IMG/VR virus record: IMGVR_UViG_3300045988_057690 | Location: 1-39,663 of that record | Length of the DNA: 39,663 bases | Reading direction: 5' to 3' (one strand) | Source: a virus | Program-made: the position numbers and the translations under genes | Shown: piece by piece, positions 32,987 through 39,663 of the stretch | Layout: each line of letters starts with the position of its first letter | Numbering within the stretch: the first letter of the stretch is position 1 | The notes under the pieces: model-generated | What the model saw: only the letters and a program-made list of their open reading frames with translations | Databases searched by the model: none | Told to the model about the DNA's origin: nothing

Positions 32987-33412
32987 ATGCTGAACAAGAT
33001 CATCATCATGGGCCGCCTGACCCGGGACCCGGAGCTGCGGCGGACCCAGAGCGGGACGGCGGTGGCCGGGTTCGCCCTGGCGGTGGACCGGGACTTCAAG
33101 GACCAGGCCACGGGAGAGCGCGGCGTGGACTTTATCGACTGCGTGGCCTGGAGCCACACGGGGGAGTTTGCCAGCCGGTACTTTGCCAAGGGACGCATGG
33201 CCGTGGTGCAGGGCCGCTTGCAGCTGCGGGACTGGACGGACCGGGACGGCAACAAGCGGCGCAGCGCCGAGGTCGTGGTGGAACAGATGTACTTTGGCGA
33301 CAGCAAACGGGACGAGGGCGGCACCCGGGCCGGGAGCTACCAGCCCCGCGTCACTGAGCCGGAAGACGAGTTTGCGGAATTGGAGGGCGACGATGGCGAC
33401 CTTCCCTTCTGA
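32987..33412 (+). CDS. ssb: Single-stranded DNA-binding protein
   Basis: MLNKIIIMGRLTRDPELRRTQSGTAVAGFALAV... OB-fold and acidic tip DDGDLPF. Confidence 0.95.
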   Translation: MLNKIIIMGRLTRDPELRRTQSGTAVAGFALAVDRDFKDQATGERGVDFIDCVAWSHTGEFASRYFAKGRMAVVQGRLQLRDWTDRDGNKRRSAEVVVEQMYFGDSKRDEGGTRAGSYQPRVTEPEDEFAELEGDDGDLPF

Positions 33413-33566
33413 GCCGAAAGTCCGGCGCTGGAATATCCGGTGTCCGTATCCCTGTGAGGGGTGCAAAAAATCCGCGTGCTTTGGGATCAGCTGCGAGGCG
33501 TGGCAGGACTGGTTCCGGTGGTATTGGGCCGGGCTGCGGCGGAAATATCTGAACCGAAATAACTAA
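33393..33566 (+). CDS. Cys/Trp-rich small protein
   Basis: ATG 33393 after GGAGGG, 57 aa. Overlaps the end of ssb. Confidence 0.4.
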   Translation: MATFPSEPKVRRWNIRCPYPCEGCKKSACFGISCEAWQDWFRWYWAGLRRKYLNRNN

Positions 33567-33585
33567 ATGACAGGAGGAAATCAGC

Positions 33586-33951
33586 ATGAACAAAATGACC
33601 AGAGAGTCCATCTTGCAGATGGGCCGGGGAGCCTTTGCCGAGCGTGCGGACTACGAGATGCGCAAGGTGATCGACAACATCCTGGACCCTAACACCAAGG
33701 CAACGGCCAAGCGCAAGATCACCCTCACGCTGGAGATGGTGCCGGACGAGGAGCGCTCTCAGATCAGCGTGGCCGTGACCGCAAAGTCTGCGCTGGCTCC
33801 CACCCATCCCGCCAGCACTACCCTGTTTGTCAGCGCCGATGATAACGGCGAGATGGTCGTGGTGGAGGCCGTGCCCCAGGTCCCTGGTCAGATGGCCATG
33901 GACGGCGAGATCCAAGACGAGCCAAAAATCCTGAAACTGATGAAAGCGTAA
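33586..33951 (+). CDS. Hypothetical early protein
   Basis: 121 aa, AGGAGG RBS. Confidence 0.7.
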   Translation: MNKMTRESILQMGRGAFAERADYEMRKVIDNILDPNTKATAKRKITLTLEMVPDEERSQISVAVTAKSALAPTHPASTTLFVSADDNGEMVVVEAVPQVPGQMAMDGEIQDEPKILKLMKA

Positions 33952-33967
33952 AAGGAGGAAAAACATT

Positions 33968-34681
33968 ATGCTGGCTAAAATGATCGACAAAATCGTGGCT
34001 TTGAAGCAGACCCAAATTTTTGACATCGACGGTGAGCACTACACCGACGGGGACATGACCCGCATTCCACCCCATGTGGACCGCCCCCGGTCCATCAACA
34101 TGTCCGGCCTGGACAGCATCTGCAAGCTGATCCGCACGGAGCAGGAGAAAATCGGTGCCACCATTATGGTGCAGGTGAGCTCCTATAAGCAGGTGGACGT
34201 GATGACTACTTATCTCCCTGACTTTTCCCGGAATGCGCTGTACAGCGCCGTGGCCGATGCTCCCGGTATCCGCACCGGATGGCGGAGCCAGGAGGAGGCA
34301 CTGATCGAGCTGCGCAGCCTGTTTGTGCCTAACGCCGGAACTGAATATCTGCTGGACTTGCTATCCCACATGAGCGAGAACAGCACTGTGACCAGCAAGG
34401 ACAACGGAGTGACCCAGCAGGTGGAGGCCCGCCAGGGCGTGGACCTGAAGGCTATGGTGGCCGTAAAACCCAGGGTCAAACTGATCCCCTTCCGCACCTT
34501 CTTGGAGGTGCCCCAGCCGGAAAGCGAGTTTCTGCTGCGGGTGGACAAGGACAATGGCGTGGGCTTTTTTGAGGCCGACGGCGGCATTTGGAAGCTGGAG
34601 GCAAAGAGCAACATCGCCAAATACTTTGAGGAGCACTTAAAAGACCTGGTCGATGCCGGGAACGTCGTTGTGATGCAGTAA
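33968..34681 (+). CDS. Hypothetical early protein (possibly YfdQ/DUF2303-like; unverified)
   Basis: 237 aa, AAGGAGG RBS. Confidence 0.7.
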   Translation: MLAKMIDKIVALKQTQIFDIDGEHYTDGDMTRIPPHVDRPRSINMSGLDSICKLIRTEQEKIGATIMVQVSSYKQVDVMTTYLPDFSRNALYSAVADAPGIRTGWRSQEEALIELRSLFVPNAGTEYLLDLLSHMSENSTVTSKDNGVTQQVEARQGVDLKAMVAVKPRVKLIPFRTFLEVPQPESEFLLRVDKDNGVGFFEADGGIWKLEAKSNIAKYFEEHLKDLVDAGNVVVMQ

Positions 34682-34736
34682 GGCTGACCCCCGGGGGCAG
34701 GAAAACGCCCCCGGGGGGGAAAAACGGAGGTAAAAC

Positions 34737-35153
34737 ATGGAACTGAACGTAAAACTGGACCCGATGGCCTTTCTGCCGGAGCGGGCGCACCCCACCGATG
34801 CGGGGCTGGATCTGAGGACGCCCCACGACGTGCTGGTGATGCCGGGCGTGGGGGCCGTGGTCAACACGGGGGTACATATCCAGCTGCCGCCCGGGACCGT
34901 TGGGATGCTCAAGAGCAAGAGCGGGCTTAACGTCAAGCACGGGATCGTGAGCGAGGGCGTGATCGACGAGGGCTACACGGGCACGATTTTAGTCAAGCTC
35001 TATAACCACGGCCCCAGGTCGGTACAATTTAAGCGGGGCGACAAGATTACCCAGCTGGTGGTGCTGCCGGTGGTGTACCCCGACGTGGTCCAGGCGGAGG
35101 AGATTACCGGCGGACCCCGAGGGGATGAAGGATATGGGAGTACGGGGAGATGA
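34737..35153 (+). CDS. dut: dUTP diphosphatase (trimeric dUTPase)
   Basis: AGLDL, GMLKSKSGL, VIDEGYTG and RGDEGYGSTGR motifs. Confidence 0.95.
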   Translation: MELNVKLDPMAFLPERAHPTDAGLDLRTPHDVLVMPGVGAVVNTGVHIQLPPGTVGMLKSKSGLNVKHGIVSEGVIDEGYTGTILVKLYNHGPRSVQFKRGDKITQLVVLPVVYPDVVQAEEITGGPRGDEGYGSTGR

Positions 35154-35201
35154 GGTCCACTGTGGGACACAAATTTAAGTTCGTAGAGGAGGTGGTTTTG
35201 C

Positions 35202-36553
35202 ATGGTTAAGCTGCTCATTGGCGGTTCTCCATGCACTTAGCCCACTGGAGCATCGCACAGACGAAGCACCGTGAGACCAAAGCAGAGGGTATCGGATGGG
35301 AACTGTTTTTGAACTATAAGATCGCTCTGGACAAGTACCAGCCGGATTTTTTCCTGTACGAAAACAATAAAAGTATGTCGCCCGCTATCCGGGCGCAGAT
35401 CACGGCGGAGTTAGGCGTGGAGCCTGTACTCATCAACTCTGCGCTGGTGTCAGCGCAAAACCGTCAGCGGCTATATTGGGTTGGCAGACGGAACCCGGAC
35501 GGCACATACAGCCAGGTGGCGGTGGAGCAGCCGGTGGACCGTGGGATTATCCTGCGCGACATTCTGGAAAGCAGCGTCTGCTGGCGTGAAAAGGCGTACA
35601 CGCTGAAAGCGAACTATGCCAACGCCGGAGCGGTCAACGGAGTGGACGGCGGCCATTTTCCCGCAACCATGGCGGCGGAGCCGGTGAGGATCGGGACCAT
35701 TGAGAATGACGCAAAGAACCAGGCTTTTGACAGTCAGCAATACCGTGTTTACAGCCCGGATGCCAAAAGCGTAACCCTCTGCGGGAATGGCGGCGGCTTG
35801 GGCGCAAAAACTGGGCTTTATGCCGTCTCCGTCCGCGTCGGCGCTATGCCGAACAAGGACGGAGAACTGGGCACAAGCCAGAGCCGCCGCATATACAGCA
35901 CGGACGGGAAAAGCGTTTCCCTCCAGGCAAGGCCAAACGGCGGCGGGGCTGACGGAGCAGCTACCGGCCTGTATGCGGTGCCTGCCGGTATGGCGTGGCG
36001 TGGGCGCGACAACGGTTCGGCCTTTGAAATGAGGGGCGACCAGAAAAGCAACGCCGTTGCCGCAACCGGACACCAAAGCCGCCTGGTGATTGAGGCGGCG
36101 GACGGAAAAGAAATCCCAGTTTACGAGGTTCGCGGAGGGCGGATCACCATCAAAGGAAAGACATACCCCATTAAATTGGCAGACGGATTTTACATCATTC
36201 GCAAGCTGACCGTTACCGAGTGTAAACGCCTCCAGACCGTGCCGGACACATACGCCTTTCCCGTCAGCGATACGCAGGCGTATAAAATGCTGGGCAACGG
36301 CTGGACCGTGGACGTGATTGCCCACATTATGAGCCATTTTACCGGACTGACGGAGGAGCCGGTGGAAGTGCTTTCCATGTACGACGGTATGAGCTGCGGC
36401 CATATCGCGCTGGACAAGCTTGGCGCAGATGTCGCAGCGTACTATGCGACCGAGATCGACAAGTACGCCGTCCAGACCACCAAACACAACTACCCGGATA
36501 CCGTACATCTTGGGGATGCGTTCCAGGTACGGGGAGCTGATTGGGGCGTTTAA
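35202..36553 (+). pseudogene. Circularly permuted DNA (cytosine-5) methyltransferase with motif order IV-X then I-III; reading frame broken inside motif IV
   Basis: AGGAGG RBS, then ATG 35202 gives MVKLLIGGSPCT and stops at TAG 35238. The long ORF (35231-36553, frame shifted by 2) continues HWSIAQ...FFLYENNKSM...SAQNRQRLYW...RKLTVTECKRLQTVPDTY...MLGNGW and then LSMYDGMSCGHIAL...EIDKYA...GDAFQV at the C-terminus. Confidence 0.7.
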
Positions 36554-36588
36554 GCTGACAAAGCGCCGCAAAGGAGGAAAAAGCGGAA

Positions 36589-37185
36589 ATGAAAAACGAC
36601 ACGTTGGGCCTGTACGGCCCGGAAGATAGCAGATACCTTAACCTGGTGGCCCGCCGGGCGGCGGAGAACGGCATTAAGACGGCTTGGGTGGCCGGGCCCA
36701 CTCCCGGCTGCGTGGCCTATGTGGCCGACACGGATGCCGGGTGGCCGATGTGGCCGCTGACCCCCGAGGAGGACGTGGATCGTATCCAGCACCAGGGGCA
36801 GTCCTGCTGTGCGGCAGCGGCGCTGATGCACATGAATCGCGTGCCTGGGTGGACTGCGTGCATCATCGGACGGGGCCACGCTGTCCAGGGCCTGGCAGAT
36901 GCCATGATGGAACTGGGGTACATGGTAAACCAGTGTAGCAGTACCGCCTTGGATATGCGTTATCGGGCAGCCCGGGCAGAGCTCATTGTCAACAGCGCCC
37001 CGGCTGTGGATGAGAGTGTGCTGTGGACTATTGCCCCACGAACCGCAGTCATTGATATTGGCGGAGGTATGGGACGGCTGCGTGGCCGAATTGGGTATGT
37101 ATCACGGGAGGACATTGGGGCCCAGAACATTGCGGAGCTGCTGCGCCGGGTGCGGCAGCGGATCGAGGAGGAACAGGATGGCTGA
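36589..37185 (+). CDS. Truncated FolD-like (methylene-tetrahydrofolate dehydrogenase/cyclohydrolase-like) protein
   Basis: 198 aa. CIIGRGHAVQGLADAMMELGYMVNQCSS...AELIVNSAP...RTAVIDIGGG matches the FolD NAD(P)-binding domain pattern. The N-terminal catalytic domain is shortened. Confidence 0.55.
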   Translation: MKNDTLGLYGPEDSRYLNLVARRAAENGIKTAWVAGPTPGCVAYVADTDAGWPMWPLTPEEDVDRIQHQGQSCCAAAALMHMNRVPGWTACIIGRGHAVQGLADAMMELGYMVNQCSSTALDMRYRAARAELIVNSAPAVDESVLWTIAPRTAVIDIGGGMGRLRGRIGYVSREDIGAQNIAELLRRVRQRIEEEQDG

Positions 37186-37510
37186 CTATATCACCAAAGA
37201 GTCCGTGCATACGATGGTTCGGCACCTCGCAAAATTTGCGTGGGCTTCACCTATTAACAGTGAGCGCCGCATCACGGTGGACACAGACGATGTTCATTTT
37301 GGCATAGACAAAATCCCCGCCGCCGACGTGGCCCCGGTAGTGCATGGGCGGTGGCTAAAGCCGTTTTGGGCGATGGATAGACAACGTGTTTGCTCCGTAT
37401 GCCAGAGCACAGTGCGGATGCCGTCGTTTGATCCGGGCGAATATGCAGAATATCCCGGATGTCCGTGGTGCCTTGCCAAAATGGACGGAGGTGCTGACCA
37501 TGACACCTGA
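37178..37510 (+). CDS. Hypothetical protein with a C-terminal Cys4 cluster
   Basis: ATG 37178 overlaps the upstream stop. CSVC...CPWC. Confidence 0.55.
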   Translation: MADYITKESVHTMVRHLAKFAWASPINSERRITVDTDDVHFGIDKIPAADVAPVVHGRWLKPFWAMDRQRVCSVCQSTVRMPSFDPGEYAEYPGCPWCLAKMDGGADHDT

Positions 37511-37796
37511 TGATCTTGACCAGGCAATCGCCTGGTTTGGCAATCGGCGCCCCCAGATGCCGGGGGCACGGAAGATGTACGGGCTGGCTTATGCGGCACT
37601 CAAAGCCATAAAAGTAGATCAAGAGCAGTTGGAGGGCCTGAGCCGGGATGATCTAATCGCGGTGGTGCATTATCTCAGGGCGGCCTGCATCAACCGGGGA
37701 AAGCTGATTGATCGGCTAGAGGATGAAAACTACCAGCTTCGGCAAAAAGACAGTGCAAGCGAAACCAAAAACGTGGATGCGTTGAACCAGACATAG
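37500..37796 (+). CDS. Hypothetical protein
   Basis: ATG 37500 after GACGGAGGTG, 98 aa. Confidence 0.55.
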   Translation: MTPDDLDQAIAWFGNRRPQMPGARKMYGLAYAALKAIKVDQEQLEGLSRDDLIAVVHYLRAACINRGKLIDRLEDENYQLRQKDSASETKNVDALNQT

Positions 37797-37900
37797 GGAA
37801 CGAAGAACACGACTACACGCCCGTTCCGCTGGAACATGCAAAGAAACTTGTACTGAAATATCAGGACAAGCTGAATAGGATGAAAGAGGAGGTAAACTAA

Positions 37901-38092
37901 ATGCTCAGAGTAGGCCAAAAGGTAATGAGGACCCCGGCTCTGCTGACGCAGGCCGGTGAGGGCAATAAAGAGGTCCACCGGCCAATGACCGGGAAAGTGG
38001 TGTATGTCCACCCGGAGGGACGGTATCACATGGTAGCGTTTGAAACGCGGGGTGGTATTGTCAGAGAGTGTTTTGATGGGGCGGATGACTAA
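37901..38092 (+). CDS. Hypothetical small protein
   Basis: 63 aa, AGAGGAGG RBS. Confidence 0.6.
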   Translation: MLRVGQKVMRTPALLTQAGEGNKEVHRPMTGKVVYVHPEGRYHMVAFETRGGIVRECFDGADD

Positions 38093-38394
38093 TGGAAATC
38101 AGAGAGATGTTGCCCGAAACCGAAATCCTCGCTCAGATGGCCGTGGAGGCCCTGGAACTCAAAAACGCCGCATCAAGGCTCAGAAGGTTGCTGGATGCTG
38201 GAAACCCAAAACAGGCCGATATCTCCGAGGCGTGGACACGGTTGCTGGAGGAGTATGGCGATGTGCAGAACTGCGGGGAACAGCTTTTGAGCGGGCTTGA
38301 TATGGACGTGTGCGCGGCGATGCGGGCGGAGAGGATGGATGAGTGGAAACGGCAGATCGAAAGCGAGATGGACGGCGGCGCGTCCGGGCCATAA
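38092..38394 (+). CDS. Hypothetical acidic protein
   Basis: 100 aa, TAATG coupling to the upstream gene. Confidence 0.6.
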   Translation: MEIREMLPETEILAQMAVEALELKNAASRLRRLLDAGNPKQADISEAWTRLLEEYGDVQNCGEQLLSGLDMDVCAAMRAERMDEWKRQIESEMDGGASGP

Positions 38395-38430
38395 AACGCA
38401 AAATCGAGAGAGTGCTGTAAGCATAGCAAT

Positions 38431-38459
38431 ACCCCCGGGCCGGTGTGCGGCTCGGGGGT
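38431..38459. terminator. GC-rich hairpin between convergent transcription units
   Basis: ACCCCCGGGCCG gtgtg CGGCTCGGGGGT (one G-U pair); no clear U-tract. Confidence 0.4.
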
Positions 38460-38524
38460 GTTGCTGTCTATCAGCAGGCCCAGGTCTCGATGGTGTGGGC
38501 GCGAATGTTTCGGGGCCCCCACAA

Positions 38525-38896
38525 TTACTCTTCCTTGTCGTCCTTTTCACCGAATACCCCTTGACGCCATTCATTGAATTCTTGATCCAAGTGTGCTAGA
38601 TAGTCCTCACGTGTAGCAAAGTCCCCGATAATGCAAGGGATATTGTTGATTCTGTACACCTCAAAAGCGTGAATGGCGGCGAAGCGAAGCGCGATTTTGC
38701 CACCACGTAAACTCTCATCACTGGGTTCGTCCCCCACAGGGGCAAGAGCCTTTGCAAGCCGGTCCATCTGAGCATCATGCCACGATTCCCATTCCTCATT
38801 CGACGAAAAGCGTAGCGGCTCTTGAGATTCTCCAAAGGCCTTCCCAGCAGCAGAGATTGCTGTGAATTCTTCCATTTCCATACTATCAAACATCAT
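38525..38896 (-). CDS. Acidic 123-aa protein of unknown function
   Basis: ATG 38896 after CCCAGGAGGA. Very acidic (MMFDSMEMEEFT...EEWESWHD...GEKDDKEE). Lies behind the palindrome-containing promoter. Confidence 0.65.
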   Translation of the reverse strand: MMFDSMEMEEFTAISAAGKAFGESQEPLRFSSNEEWESWHDAQMDRLAKALAPVGDEPSDESLRGGKIALRFAAIHAFEVYRINNIPCIIGDFATREDYLAHLDQEFNEWRQGVFGEKDDKEE

Positions 38897-38931
38897 TTTG
38901 TCCTCCTGGGCTTGCCCCTCTTGATGATCTA

Positions 38932-38960
38932 AGTATACCACGCAATGCGTGGTAAGTCAA
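38932..38960 (-). promoter_or_regulatory. Leftward promoter with a 19-bp palindromic operator in the spacer (copy A)
   Basis: Minus strand TTGACT (38960-38955), 17 nt, TATACT (38937-38932). Palindrome TACCACGCA-A-TGCGTGGTA at 38936-38954. Confidence 0.7.
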
Positions 38961-39036
38961 TGGGCTCTGCAAAAAAATCTGAAAAAATTCCCCGGACCAA
39001 CCGGCCCGGGAGTGTTGTTATATCAGTGTTTCCGCC

Positions 39037-39573
39037 TCATTTCAGTGCGTCGATAATTTTGGACGCATTGCTTTCTGCAAAAACGGTTTCGATCTTGCCA
39101 ACCAGGGCCTTGTCGATATGGCCCATATCGTGGGCGATCTTCATGGGGCGGTAGTCCGAAAACCACGCCTCGACGGTCTGGCCGCTCTGCTGGGCCAGCT
39201 CGGCCATTTTGGCGCGGCCAGCCTCGCTGGCCTTATCCAACTGGATCGCATCGGCCAGCCGGAAAAACCGGCTGAGATCGATCTTCAGGCGGAACAGATC
39301 GGCCATAAAACTGGTGCGGAGCTTATCAGCAAAGGCGATCTGCTTATCGGATACGCCGGTGATCTCGGGGAGGTGATAGCCCTCCATGTAGTTCTCCAGG
39401 GTGGCCTGCTCCTTTGCCCTCTTAGCGGCATAGTAGCAATCGGGGCAGATGGTGATGTTGTCTTTGGCCCACTCCGTGTAGCTGGATGCATCGGCGGAAT
39501 TGTTGCAGGTGTGGATGTGCTCAAATTCCTTGCCGCATTTAGTGCAGGTAAGCATGATCTTAACTCTTGCCAT
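39037..39573 (-). CDS. Zinc-ribbon protein of unknown function
   Basis: 178 aa. CTKCGK...CPDCYY N-terminus. AGGAGGA RBS shared with copy A. Confidence 0.7.
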   Translation of the reverse strand: MARVKIMLTCTKCGKEFEHIHTCNNSADASSYTEWAKDNITICPDCYYAAKRAKEQATLENYMEGYHLPEITGVSDKQIAFADKLRTSFMADLFRLKIDLSRFFRLADAIQLDKASEAGRAKMAELAQQSGQTVEAWFSDYRPMKIAHDMGHIDKALVGKIETVFAESNASKIIDALK

Positions 39574-39608
39574 TTTAGTATCCTCCTGGGCTGTGCCCCT
39601 CTTGATGG

Positions 39609-39663
39609 TCTAAGTATACCACGCATTGCGTGGTAAGTCAAGGGGGGTTGTAAAAAAATCTGA
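39609..39663. repeat. Terminal 55-nt identity with 1-55 (circular closure)
   Basis: Exact match to the window start. Confidence 0.95.
39613..39641 (-). promoter_or_regulatory. Leftward promoter with a 19-bp palindromic operator in the spacer (copy B; identical to nt 5-33 through circular closure)
   Basis: Minus strand TTGACT, 17 nt, TATACT. Palindrome TACCACGCA-T-TGCGTGGTA at 39617-39635. Confidence 0.7.

Larger units (their letters stand above)
1..39663. mobile_element. Complete circularly closed temperate siphovirus-like phage genome (39,608 bp unique plus a 55-bp assembly overlap)
   Basis: Full set of packaging, head, tail, lysis, lysogeny and replication modules. Nt 1-55 are identical to nt 39609-39663. 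Confidence 0.85.

Noticed and set aside
34682-34736. Two CCCCCGGGGG self-complementary blocks upstream of dut
   Set aside because: This is probably a simple intergenic hairpin or attenuator, with too little context to assign a function.
35235-35243. Suppression of the in-frame TAG in the methyltransferase gene by the phage tRNA-like element
   Set aside because: The tRNA-like anticodon loop contains CCC, not CUA. Read-through in the original frame gives a non-MTase sequence that terminates about 25 codons later. Only a frame change restores the motifs.
38936-38954. The palindromic operator considered as a LexA (Cheo) box
   Set aside because: The Firmicute LexA consensus is GAAC-N4-GTTC. TACCACGCA-N-TGCGTGGTA does not match it.

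Overview
The window is a complete, circularly closed genome of a temperate siphovirus-type phage. The first and last 55 nt are identical, leaving 39,608 bp of unique sequence. AGGAGG-type ribosome-binding sites (RBS), a large serine integrase and SPP1-like modules suggest a GC-rich Firmicute (Clostridia-like) host; this is inference. Rightward layout: (1) 333-1710, a ParB-like gene, a Mom-like GNAT gene and an aberrant tRNA-like element. (2) 1749-19979, packaging, head, neck, tail and lysis genes: TerS, PBSX-type TerL, SPP1-type portal, gp7-like minor head protein, scaffold, major capsid, connectors, major tail protein, chaperone/Gp15, tape measure, tail tip, fibre, holin and amidase. (3) 20062-23742, a post-lysis accessory cluster of unusual low-complexity, Cys-rich and BclA-C-like proteins. 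(4) 23840-28224, a mosaic lysogeny/control region with the serine integrase, three HTH (helix-turn-helix) regulators of which two are membrane-anchored, an AT-rich island, and a 0.8-kb ORF-free stretch with near-consensus promoters. (5) 28231-38394, early/replication genes: Cro-like, Gp157, Rad52/Sak recombinase, HNH, replisome organizer, G39P-like loader, SSB, dUTPase, a circularly permuted and disrupted C5-methyltransferase, and a FolD-like protein. (6) 38525-39573, two leftward genes, each behind a duplicated promoter that carries a 19-bp perfect palindrome. The candidates I rank highest for new biology are: the ORF-free control region that appears to encode a ~370-nt structured leftward RNA where a cI gene would normally sit; the duplicated palindrome-operator promoter cassette and its two cargo genes; the permuted C5-MTase with the adjacent FolD-like protein; and the ParB/Mom-like pair. 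All functional calls come from motif recognition by eye. No database search was run.
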